55,380 bases of DNA from assembly GCF_004010195.1 (NCBI RefSeq), contig NC_057718.1, positions 82,885,411-82,940,790 on the forward strand. The letters are read 5' to 3'. The translations under genes and the position numbers were made by a program. The DNA is from Chiloscyllium plagiosum (taxonomy: Eukaryota). How positions within the stretch are numbered: position 1 is the stretch's first letter; every line of letters starts with the position of its first letter. A model generated the notes under the pieces. That model searched no databases and had not been told where the DNA came from. It worked only from the letters and a program-made list of their open reading frames with translations. Positions 36,189-48,300 of the stretch are shown here, piece by piece.

Positions 36189-39155
36189 AAAGGGAAAAAG
36201 GCAGAGAGAGTTTGCATTCCATAAATTGAAACTTAGAAAGGGAAGTCGGCTTAAAAGGATAGAGGAGTTCAAAAATTCACTTCCTGAAGTAGTGAGAACT
36301 CATATGGCAGTGCAGAGTGCTAAAACTGAAATGGCTGATGATTATGAGTTGGATCATAGATCAAAGTTTGGCTTCCGACATCAGTTTCAATCTGTGAGGG
36401 ATAGAAATTGGGAAATGGGAAATCTCCACATGATAAGGGAAAGTTAGATCTCAGTGAAAATCGTAAGGATTATTTACCACAGGGTAAAAAGAGAACCCAA
36501 GAAGGGGAAAGAGATGTTAAAGAGCTCCAGAGTTTTCACTGCAATATAGTAGACCATGTGAAATCACAGTGTTGGTGGGTTAGAAAAAGCACTGGGAAAA
36601 CGGATGTCGGAAAACAGTGAGTTTTGTTGAAGTGGAAAGGAAAAAACAGTGGAGGCTAAAAAGCTGCAGCAGAATGTACAAGCTGGTCAGAGGTTGGTTA
36701 AGGAGGAAGGGCCAGATCTTCTTAAACCATTTACATGCAAAGGGAAGGTTACTCACAAGGGCCAGGAGCTAGTAAAGAGGTTACAATATTAAGAGATACC
36801 GGATCAGGTCAATCTCTGATGCAGTGAAATGAGAAGATACATAGCTCAGAAGTGTTATTGCCAGAAAAAAGGTGCCAGAAAATGGAATTGACAGTGAGAC
36901 AAAAAGTGCTCAAATATATGGAGTGAGGTTAGAGTGTCCACTGAAAAGTGGAGAAGTGGTGGTCAGACTTTTGGAAGAGCACTCAGCATTTTTACTAGCC
37001 TGGACTACATAAGGATGTAGTTGAATTTTGCCGGACATGTCATACATGTCAAATAATTGGAAAATCACAATCAGTAATAAAACCCGCACCGTTCCTACCC
37101 ATTCCTGCATTTGAGGAAAAACATAAAGTGGGAATCAGTATTTATAAACAATAATAGATGTGCCCAGTAGATTTCCAAAGACCATTCCATTTCACAATAT
37201 CACAGATGAAAGGATTGTAGAAGAGTTACTCAAATGTTTCACTAGATAGGGACTACCCACAGAGATACAATCAGATCAAAGATCAAACTTTACATCAAAG
37301 TTATTCAAGGAACTTATGGACAGCTTTGCAATAAAAGAATTCAAATCCACTATGTAACATCCAGGATTGCAGGGAGCGCCAGAAAGATGGCATCAGATGT
37401 TAAAGACCATGTTGAGGGATTATAGTCAAGATGATTGCAATAAGGGAATTCCATTTGTACTTTTTGTGATCAGCGATGCATCAAATGAATCGACCAAATT
37501 TGTTTTTATGCATGGGGTGAGAGGACCACTAAAATTGATTAAGGAGAAATTGCTGAGTGAGAATTCAGAGACCCCATATTTGGACTATGTTTCAAATTAT
37601 AGGGAATGATTAAATACAGCAGGGGATTTGGCTAGATAGCATTTAAAAATATCACAGCATACGATGAAACAGGAAGCAAATAGGAAATCAAACTCACAAT
37701 TTTGCTATCGGAGATAAAGCGTTAGTCTTACTGCCAGTGATAGGTAAATCTTTAAAAGCAAGATTTAATGGATCTTAACAAGTCGAAAAGAGATTGAGTG
37801 AGGTGAACTATTTGATAAGGACTCCAAACAGAAAGAAATCTCAAAGGAGGCTGTGTTATTGGTTACAAAACAGGGGGAAGAACTAAGTTCAGAGGATTCG
37901 GAATTGGACATTCCTCAAATTAAATTGGACAATGAGGAAGTCGTCAAAAATTGGGATAAATTATTGAGTTACCTTACAAAGAAAAATCAAAATGACCTGA
38001 AAGAGTTATTGCTGTAGCATGTGGAGATGTGGAAATAAGCTGGGAAGTACTAACTTAATTATGCATGATGTATGTTTCGGGAATGCTGTTCCAATTAAGC
38101 ATCATCTATATAAACTTTACCCTCTAACGTTGGCACAGGTTGAAAAGGAGGTTGAACACATGCTCCAAGATGACATAATCAAAGTGAATTGCAGGGGTTG
38201 GCGCTCGCCCACTGTAATGGTGCCAAAATCAGATGGTATCCAGTGGTTATGTGTGGACTATCACAAAGTTAAAGCAGTTACAAAATCTGATTCATTTCTG
38301 ATTCCACATTTAGAAGACTGCATTGAAAAGGTGGGACAAACAACTTATATTTCTAAGGTGGACTTACTCAGAGGATACTGGCAGGTACCTTTATCCAAAA
38401 GAGCAAAGATAATTTTGGCTTTTGTAACACTGAATGGCCTATATCAATTTAAAGTCAAGCCATTTGGTATGAAAAATGCTTTCAAAGACTAGCCAATAAA
38501 GTCATTGCCAAATTACCCCAGTTGTGTGGTTTACATCAATGACATAGTGACTTTAAGTCACACATGTAAGGAACATTTGCAGCAGTTATCTGAATTATTT
38601 GATCGACTTTAGGAGGCAAGCTTGATGATAAACCTAGCCAGGAGTAAATTTGCCAAAGCCAAGTCACCTTCCTGAGTCAATGTACATGAACAAATGATCC
38701 TAGGGAATGTAAAAACAAAGATAATTGAGGCGTTCCCCATACCATTGATGAAGAGAGGAGTAATATGATTCCTGGGATTGAATAGGTTTTAACGGAAATT
38801 CATACTGAACTTTAGCAACATGTCTGCTCCACTCAGTGAATTACTGAAGAAATGCAAGAAGTTTTAGTTGACAGCAGAGTTCAGAAGGCATTTGACAGCC
38901 AGACAAGCTGTGTTAGGCACTGCCCCAGTGTTAGCCACACCTATTTATGCAAAGCCATTCAAGGTGGTTGTTGATGAGAATGATTTGAGTGTCGATGCTG
39001 TGCTCTTACAGGAAGACAATGAGAAGATAGAGGGGCCTATTGGATATTTCTCCAGGAAATTGAATATTCATTGGCAGAAATATTGGACAATTGAGAAGGA
39101 GACTTTGAGCTTGGTGTTGACATTTATGTTGCCAGTCATGTGTCCGAGGCAATTA

Positions 39156-39329
39156 CAGAGGAACCTCTATTATCCAACATTCGATTATCCGAATACCAGA
39201 TTATCCAGTAAGATCACAAAGTCCCATTGCTCGGCTAAACTATGTTATCCAGCATTCAATTATCTGTAGTTCGATCAAACAAACAAAATACTCCCCACCT
39301 GTGTCCTTCAGATAATCAAGTTTCCTCTG
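39156..39329. mobile_element. 174-bp Tc1/mariner (pogo/Tigger-like) MITE in the RNase H region
   Basis: TIRs CAGAGGAACCTCTATTATC / GATAATCAAGTTTCCTCTG; TA on the left and TG on the right; internal ATTATCC repeats. Confidence 0.78.
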
Positions 39330-39672
39330 TGATATAGATCATAGCCCATTAAAGCTTTTGGACACTGACACATTTAAGGACAAAAATTCCAGACTGTTTA
39401 TTGGAGCTTATTATTGCAGCCATTCAATTTAAAAGGTGTACATGCGACAGGGCAGGAAAACATGATAGCCGCCATATTGTCAAGACTTGGGGGAGAAACA
39501 GAGGTGATCAATTGCAGGAGTAAACAGACTGAAATGGAATGTAGTAATGCATGTTTGTTTATAGTTTATAGTCAATGTAATGCATTATATAGTGTACTAA
39601 CAGGGTAAGACTAAAGGGTTTTAAATGAAGCCATGTTTGCATGTTGATTGCTCACTTTTTTTAAGAGGGAGG

Positions 39673-40272
39673 TGTGATGATGCTGCCTCTTTAACAAGGT
39701 TATTCTGTCCTTGGTTTTTTTTGCAAGAGAGGTTGTAAAGGCAGACGTGCCGGTACGTATCGGAAAGAGTTTACTATAAACAATGGCAGGGAGTGACCAT
39801 TTGTCACAGTTCAGGTTTTTTTTCTACTTTGATTTTGTTTCACCAAGGAGTCCAAAACTCTGTTGGGGACCAAGAGAAGCAACTACAGTGAAGAGAGGTT
39901 CCATGCTTCAACCAGAGGCCTTGCCTGAACTTTCTCTCTAAATCCTCTCCTGCCTGTAAGAACCTATCTTTGAATTTACCTTTTTCCAAGGGGTGCGTTT
40001 ATGGGACATTGCAGGGATTAGAACAGCTTTGTTAAGTAGTAAAATTGTGTTGACTGGGTTTTCAAATAAGTTACTCTAAGCTCTGTTTTCTTTGATTCAT
40101 GTTTCATCTGTAGTATTTATATAAGTTCTGTTTTGTTTAAAGCTGAGTGATTTGACCAGATGCATCACTCCTGGAATATCCACTATACATCTGCCTTTAC
40201 AAAAAATGAAAACTTAGGGTCGAGGATACTTTTATTAAAATGTATTGAGAGGTTCTGGTCTGGTCCATAGCA
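39673..40272 (+). repeat. 3' LTR
   Basis: TG...CA termini, preceded by the polypurine tract aagagggagg. Confidence 0.9.
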
Positions 40273-40489
40273 TATAACAAACAGCCAATTCAAGATACAA
40301 AACAGTTCTTGCAGTATAAGCAGATTTTGCAGACCACATGACTGATGGTGGCAGATTTATTTTTACTTGGTCATTGCCAGCAAAACCAACATTCATTTGA
40401 TATCCCTAATTGTCGTTGACATGGTGGTATTGAGTTGCTTTCTTGAAGTCCATACACCCACAGCAAGTTCCAAATTTTTGGCCTAATGA

Positions 40490-43400
40490 CAGTGAAGGAG
40501 CACCCATATAGTTCCAAACCAGGATAATCTGAAGTTGAATTTATATTTTGTCTGCTAAGAAGCAGAAGACACAAAGACAAATAAAGACAGACACAAAATA
40601 AAACATGGATGTAGTAGGTAGAAGGAAAGTCTGGTCAAAATGGCCCCTGTCCACAGGATTCACTGAAATGAATCCTTTGGCTTGTCAAAACTTGCTGCTT
40701 TTTGATCATCCTGCTCCAATGTACTTTCACTTGTTTCCAGGAGGCGCCGAACGATTGGTTCAAACTTATAAAAGTCTCTGATCGCTTTGTCGAAAGCCAC
40801 AATTCACAACAACTGAAAAGGGGAAATAAATTGGCTTTCTTCAGGTTTGAAGTGCTTTTTGTTTACTGCAGAGAAAAGAACAGCTACTTCCTTATCAGAA
40901 GTCCAATGGCTTTTGACCAAACATCACACACATGAGCTTTTCAGCTACCTGGGAACCAATCACATTGTTGTTGGCAGGCAGAAGGCATTTATTGTCAACA
41001 ACTGACCAATCAGCTACTTGCTGCCAACTGAATCCCAGTTTGTCCAAAGCCCCTGGCTCCAGTTCATCTGTAGTAACTTGCCCCACTGCTTGAGCACACA
41101 GAATGCTGGGTAATTTGATTTTAATAATGCAGTCATGCTTTACACAATCTTTGGGTTTTAGGATCATTTTTTTTTCCATATCAGTCCACATTTAAAAGTA
41201 CAGAAAAATGGAAAGATGTAGTCTTTACATAGCTCCATCCTTAAAATAAGGCCACCCTTTCTCCCCCCGCATCATTAAATCTTAGCATTTCTCAAACTTT
41301 TAAAGTACCCCAACATTTTACACTCAGGGCAAGGAATCTAACCCTAATGTTAGAATATTTTCTTTCTCAGCATTGTCAATTCATTTTGAATGGTCGAAAC
41401 AAAAGACTCTATCTCAATTGCATTCCAAGTTTTAAACTTTCAGTGAAGGCCAGTGGATTATGATCAGTGTAAATAAGTGTTTCCTTATTACTGTGTCGGA
41501 CATAGACTTCAAAGTGTTGAAGCACCAACAGGAACCCCAAAACCACTTTTTCTGCAAAGGTATCCTGGAGCTGAAGTGACTGACCTCCAAGAACCACAGC
41601 CACAACTTCCCATGTGCCAGGTATGACTCTAGCCAGTTTGAAACCGATACCCATTAATTCCAGTTTTGTTCAGGCTCCTTGATGCCACATTTGGTTAAAC
41701 ATTTCATGTCAAGGGCTATCACTCTCACTCTCGCCTCTGGAATTCAGCGGTTTTGTCCATGTTTGAACCAAGGCTGTAATGAGGTCAGGAGCTGAGTGGC
41801 CCTGGCAGAACCCAGACTGGGCATCACTGAGCAGGTTGTTTCTAAGCAGGCCCTACTTAATAGCTTTAGATAATTCAAATAGGCGATAAACCTTGTAGAT
41901 TCATTCAGGAAATCTCTGGTAGCAAATAGTAAGAACACAAATTATTTGCCCCAATTCAGTGGATATTCATGACAATATGATTTAATCATGATTTTGAGGA
42001 TCTGATGATACCTCCCCAAAGCTCCCTATGTTTGTAGATGAAATGCAGTTGACTTCAATTTTTTTTTAGTGAAAAGGATGATGTTTTCTTGGCAAAGTTA
42101 GACCATGATCAGATTGTATCTCAATTTACACCATATCAGTAAAAACGAATTGAACTTTTCTATTACTATTCTGGCTGTGGCTTTCCTTGAAGGAATAGTT
42201 TCGGGAAATTGGGTTACCATGTCCATCATTGTAAGGCCATACTGGTGACCTAGTCTCATTATCCATAATGGTTCTATCGAATCTAGTAACACTCGATTGA
42301 ATGGTTCTTCAAAGACTGGTTTGGGTATTGAAGATGCTGGTTTGATTACATGTTGAGGTTCGCATTCCACTTAACATGTATGGCATGATTTACCCGACAG
42401 CATGCACACCTTCTGAAGTCTTGCCCAAACAGAATACCTACTTATTGCAACCTGCGTTTCCCGCATTCCTTTTCATGTGCTACTCACAATGACTCCTTAC
42501 GATATCTGAGCAGTAGCATTATTTGATGAACAGGTATCCATTCTACATCCACAGGTCAGCTACCTCATCAGAACTCTGTTTTAAATGCAATAATACTCTG
42601 GAACCCCTTCAGTCTCGGTTTCCATGTGAGCTGTGTGCGCTAACTCAGGATCGACTATACTCATTCTTAAATACAGTTTTAACAACTCTAACACTTGCTT
42701 GAGGTAGTCCCCTGACTACCACCAGTCCCAATAACTAGTTGCACCCCAATTCGACTTTGTGCAATGGAACTGGGATATATTCTCCACCTATCCAATTCAC
42801 CAACATTTTGGCTTCACAAAAAACTTGTTTGCAGATGCAGCAGGTAACTAAGAAGGCAAATAGAATATTGTCCTTAATTGCTGGAGGGATGTGGTTTAAA
42901 AATAGTGAGGCTATGCTGCAGCTGTATAGGGTGAGGCCACACCTTGAGTACTGTGTACACTTTTGGTCTCCTTACTTGGGAAAGGATGTACTGGCACTGG
43001 AGGGAGTGCAGAGGAGGTTCACTAGGTTGATTCCAGAGTTGAGAGGGTTGGCTAATGAGGATAGATTGAGTAGACTAGTACTATACGAATTGGAATTTAT
43101 AAGAATGTGGGGAGATCACATAGAAACATACAAAATTATGAAGAGAAGAGATAAGAGAGAAGCAGGGAGATTGTTTCCACTGGCAGGTGAAACTAGAACT
43201 AAGGGGCATAGCCTCAGAATATGGGGGAACAGATTTAGATGAGTTGAAGACAAACTTCTTCACCCAAAGGGTTGTGGATCTATGGAATTCCCTGCCCAGC
43301 AAAACAGTTGAGGCTGCCTCGTTGAATGTTTTTAAGGCAAAGGTAGATAGATTTTTGAACAGTAAAGGAATTAAGGGTTATGGTGAGAGGGCGGGTAAGT

Positions 43401-44100
43401 GGAGCTGAGGCCACAAGAAGATCAGCCATGATCTTATTGAATGGCGGAGCAGACTCAAAGGGTCAGATGGCCTACTCCTGCTCCTATTTCTTAAGGTCAA
43501 CGAACTCTCTGCAGTGAAAATTACATCCTTTTACAGAATAGTCCCTTAATATAATTATTGGCTTTGATAGTTCCTTTGAAGAAAAAAAAGCATTATCTTC
43601 TTTCCAGCTAAAAGCTCTTTATAGCTGCCATCTACCTATGTTCCCCTTCTTCAATAATGTTTAATTCTGGTCTCAACAAAGTTAATGCTGTAATCTTTAG
43701 GAACTTCTCTATTCAACACTTTCTAACAAGTTTCACTAAATCCCATGATTTCCCCTGAAAAACCATTGGCATTCTGAATGTATGTGTCCCACCTTGTTAT
43801 AACAGAACTGTTCTGACTTCCACTCCCAGTACCTTCCCTACTGGTCTGAAGAGGAGACCTTCGAATATTCCCAGCTATCCATTCCTTATCTTGACTAGTT
43901 GCCTTCCTTTCATTTTCTACCCATTTCAAATTTATAAGAGTGAGAGAAGAACAGTTCAATTTTATGGATCAGCTCATAATCATTCGTCATTGCTGCCACC
44001 TGTCCAGCAGTTGCAAATCTTTGGTCCTCAACATGGCTTCTTATTACACACGCGAGTGAAGTCCTGCAGTTGAAAAGTGGAGCTTTCTTCATCTTCCCAG
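40490..44100 (-). mobile_element. Second, heavily degenerate Gmr1-like gypsy element (gag ~44100-43700, integrase ~42600-41880, RNase H ~41550-41350, 3' LTR from 41229 leftwards)
   Basis: EEPFNRVLLDSIEPL..MDMVTQFPETIP and IYTDHNPLAF motifs; a PPT-like aaggatggag precedes TGT at 41229. Left boundary uncertain. Confidence 0.7.
42690..43495 (+). mobile_element. CR1 LINE 3' fragment nested in the second gypsy element
   Basis: RPHLEYCVHFWSPY..LEGVQRRFTRLIP; tail ggcctactcctgctcctatttctt. Confidence 0.88.
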
Positions 44101-44932
44101 ATCACTGGGATTGGCCGTCAGAAACAAACAATTTTTATAGGCTGAAGAAGGTCATTCTGTTTCCACCAATTAGCATGTCAGTAACTTCACAGTGGTCAGC
44201 TAGAGAGCTAGGACTGAGATGAGGAGAAATCTCTTTACCCAGACAGTGGTTAGGATGAGAATGCATTGCCTGGGAGAGTGATGGAGGCAGATTCCATTGA
44301 AGGTTTTGAAAAGGATAAGGTTTGAGGGCTGGAGAGTGGAAGTAGCTGGGTAGTTTTCTTGGGAAGCTGGTGCAGACGTGACCTCCTTATGTACTGTAAA
44401 ACTCTACCTCCTTATGTACTGTAAAACTCTACGATTTCTAACTTGCGCTTTTCAACGGAGTTCAGCCCTGGGCACTGCTCTTCATGAGAATATATCTGTT
44501 TTTGAGGATTACAATGCAGCATTTCCTCAATGATACCAGAGCTAAAGGGGCTACTTAATGAGGACAGTTTGCATTGGCTGGATTGTGGTTCATTGAGGAT
44601 AGAAGATTACAGGATAATGTACTTGAAATGCTTATCATAATTAAAGGATTCCGTAGATGACCTCTGGAGGAGAGTCAAATCTGCATGCTATTCTTGGATT
44701 CCACACACAAGAATAATATACAATGTTTATCAAGCTTTATAATCCTTTCCCCAGGTTCCCTGGTTCCATTGCAATCTGACATAGGTACATTTTTGTTGAA
44801 GCAAAGGATATGACCAAAGGCAGGTATAATGCCTCTTCCACGTTCTTTCACTATAGACTCTGGCATTGCAAAATAAACACAGACTACTCTTCAAGTGTAA
44901 TAAATTCAGGCATGTAGTATTTGCATCAGAGA

Positions 44933-44938
44933 TTTATT
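44933..44938 (-). terminator. Candidate poly(A) signal AATAAA of the cystatin gene
   Basis: tttatt on +, ~310 nt past the stop, with a GT/T-rich tract downstream. Confidence 0.5.
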
Positions 44939-45250
44939 TCAACAGTTAATAATATATTTTTCTACAGTTAAAACTTTAATTCCCAAAAACTAAAGATTAT
45001 TCTCTAAAACATATTCTAAAACAGGTGATCTGTACACATCATGGTAAACTGTGAGATATCCGTAAATTGAATCAGAGTAATAACAAGTGTAGATATTGAA
45101 AATAAGAAATCAAAATTAAGAACAGTCATAGATAGATGTATAGCTTAATGTGAGACGTTAATTGAAGGTGCGCTATAGGTCTGCTGGTGAAATTAGTAAG
45201 GTTTCTGAAGTTGAGTCCCGGTGTGACAAGGAACACACATTGTCCACCTC

Positions 45251-45340
45251 CTATCTGTTAACAGGGTTGCAGTTACTTTTGAGAAGGTATTTTTCATTGC
45301 GCCAAAAAGTATTCAACACTTTAAAGTGGCAAAAGCGATG
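45251..45340 (-). CDS. Cystatin-like exon 3 (29 aa + TAG)
   Basis: tttttcatttcag|CAT; C.F.V....W......L....C pattern. Confidence 0.9.
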   Translation of the reverse strand, partial: HRFCHFKVLNTFWRNEKYLLKSNCNPVNR

Positions 45341-48300
45341 CTGAAATGAAAAAGAAAGGGAAAAGCCATCATCATTAGGTTAACAGTGATTTTATTAAAA
45401 CCAGCAGACTGGTTGGTGGGTCAGTCTTTCACTTCTTACTCCAGAATGGAAATTATTTTTTTTATTTAGCCTGGGAATGAGTCGGAGTTTCTCCTGCTCT
45501 ACCAAACCAACTGGTCAGAATATTATAGCATTTATGCCATTAGGCCACTGGGATGGACAGACAAGACAGAGTATGAAATCGGTTTTTTTAAAAACATTAG
45601 GTTAAAAAGCAGGAAGATGGGTACATCATATCGGAGGCACTCTGTTTCAATCATGGTAAGCCCCAAAGTTTATAACCTCCTCTTCATGCCTTCTCATTTG
45701 GCATCCAAAACCCATTGCGTGCCCCTCTCTCCAGGCTCCCCTGTCTCTTGCTGCTTTCACACTTAAGTTTCCCTGTACCTGCTCTTGCAGTCCCAGCAGC
45801 ATCTACAATTCAGCTCTGACACTGCAGGAGCTACTTGAGAGTAGAATTCCACCGAGGGACAGAACTCCCATGTCCTTCATCATCCTTAGCACATTATATT
45901 ATATTATTGGTTTTGTTGTGAGTTAGTTGGTTTGAAATTGACATTTGTAATGCAGAGTGGAGCGATGGGCAACACATCTCCCTACCTACCCAAAACCCTG
46001 TAAGAATGAGCGCTTTGCAGGGAGTTACGCTGGAACACAAATTTCCTGGCCTCTCCCTATGTTTGTGATGAATTGATTCGGAATACTTTACCGCTCCAAA
46101 TCTAGCTTCCACTTGATGTAATGCCGTTTCTTCTGAAACTATTTGCACAGGGCAGCTAGGTGTTAATGCAGTGGAGCAGACAAGCTGGACCATCCAGCCA
46201 TGATATTTGCAGTCATTTTGCAGTTGTAGTGAAGGTACTTTGTGTAACAGACAGACAGGCCTGCCGCCTGCCTCCTGCCTCTCTCTTTCTCTCCACAGAT
46301 GCTGACAGACCAGCTGTGTTTCTCCTGCACTTTCTGTTCATATTCCAAATTTCCAGCATCCACAGTACTGTGCTTTTACTTGTATTTATTTATGTATATG
46401 CATTTCTCTTTGCTACCCATTTTCCCATGTTTTCTTATGTATATAGCATGAGAGGAAATCTGGAGCTTCATTACACAGGGAAATTCTTTCCTGCTTCGAT
46501 TTCTCATCTAGGTCTGATGCTCAGCCCATGTTACCCCCAATCACCAAATCCTCAAGAAGATGTAATGGTCCACTTCCTCCACACAGAGAGTTTCTCTTAC
46601 CTCAGAGTTTCCTGGAGTATTGACAACAAAGCAAGATATTAATGCTTTGTTTGTTCCTTTTTTGCACTGTGTCCTTCCCAGGTCAGCTTCCAGAAAGTAC
46701 AACAGTCCACCGATATCCTAGCAAAATACAAGCATAAACCACATTCATTTTGTGAAAATCACTCGGTTGCAGTCTGTGAACCATGTCTACTACCCTCCAT
46801 GTCCTGCAATACTAAATTATAGCTGTAAATCAGGTGAGGGATATATTGAAAGTTGGCAAAGTAGTAATACCCAGTCACTGTAAGTGTGCTCACGCTCAAT
46901 TCTGATCCTGTTCACACACATATGGGAACAGGAAGACTGAACTGACAGGCTGCTTGTGAAGACTGGCTCAACATGAAGTTAGCCTCAGCCTGGATCATGT
47001 GCCAGGAAATAGTTGTGCAGAGCCCAGGCATTAACACACAGTCAGAAGGTGGGCAGTGCACTCTGTCACCTTTATTTGCAGAGTTCAATAACTGATGACT
47101 GCCACAAGCATCTCAGCCTCAAGTGCAAGCAGGCTACCTCCACATTATCTGAGTTTGTGAGGGGATGGCATCATGTGGATGTGGCTAAGAGTGAGGGCCA
47201 CCACATCAGACGTTTCACTTAGTTTCATGGGTGACTGTGCAGTTTCTGATTTATTGATAACATTTGAATTGTTTGTCAGCGTGTGAGCTTCCATTCATCA
47301 ACTGGAAAAAGGACAAATGTGAAGGGAAGCTGGGGTCACGGAGACTGCTGGAGAGATGGGTCCCATACACTGCTGGTAAGAATGGAACAATTCAGGCTCT
47401 TGTGTTCCACAGACACATTCCCACAATCAGGACAAAGTGAAGTCCGCAGTGAGTGTGCTCAGGTGAGAGATGCTTGGATCAGATGTGGGATGCACACCAT
47501 TGTAATAAGAACCTGATCCGGAGCTGATTCTAGTCTCCTCGTTCCTCAGCTTGGACATTTCTCTGCATCTCCCTCCTCCTCCTCCAATGCATTCACAGAA
47601 TCCTTACACTGCAGAGAGAGGCTATTTGTCCAATCAAGTCTGCACTGACCCTCCTGAGAGTCTCCCACTCAGACCCACCCCCTACCCTATCCCTGTAGCC
47701 CTGTGTGGCTAATCCATCTAGGTTGCACATCCCTGGACACTTTGGGCAATGTAGCATGGCCAATCCACCTAACCTGCACATCTTTGGAATGTGGGAGGGA
47801 AATGGAGCACCCAATGGAAGCTCACACAGTCACCCAAGGCTGAAATTAAACCCAGGACCCTGGCATTGTGAGGCAGCAGCACTAACCACTGTAGTCACCT
47901 TAACTTTACATTTCACCATTTGCCATTGAGGGATTTGAACAATGTCCCGAAAGGATTGCTAATCCAGTGATATTACCACTACACCATTGCCTTCCCCTAT
48001 TGCACTGATCTCCCCTCTTTAAGGCCCACTCTTCTCTGGAAGATTCTGTCAAGGAAAGTGCTGGGGACCACCACTATGCAGGAGACCCTTACACAAAGGT
48101 TCTGCAAATCTCCAAGCAACCAGCTGGGGCACTGGTACCACATCTTCAAAAGCTTGAAGGCGTGTTCAGTGATGTTCCATGTAAGCAGATGATTTAAATT
48201 GTGTTGACATGGCACTTCCAGTTTGGGTTGGGAAAAAGGGTGAACAATTATCTCTTCAAAAGGATATCCCATGGCTCCCACTGTCCAAGCCCTGGCTGGG

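Larger units (their letters stand above)
28110..40272 (+). mobile_element. Gmr1-like Ty3/gypsy LTR retrotransposon (gag-PR-INT-RT-RH), degenerate, with nested insertions
   Basis: Paired LTRs 28110-~29019 and 39673-40272, PPT at 39663-39672, TSD TGTA/TATA. Gag at 29164, CCHC knuckle ~36535, protease LRDTG ~36790, integrase ~37050-37800, RT 38019-38800, RNase H 38870-39480. Confidence 0.88.

Noticed and set aside
40640..40815. Exon-like segment with a strong minus-strand acceptor, considered as OCT exon 1 or 5' UTR
   Set aside because: No frame resembles SLC22, and it lies within an LTR-like region.
44381..44430. 25-bp tandem duplication
   Set aside because: Slippage duplication at a CR1 3' tail; ordinary.
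44675..44866. ORF MPESIVKER...PMSDCNG, considered as OCT exon 1 or cystatin exon 3
   Set aside because: Lacks the W.Y/SIVTE and cystatin motifs; the true cystatin exon 3 is at 45251-45340.
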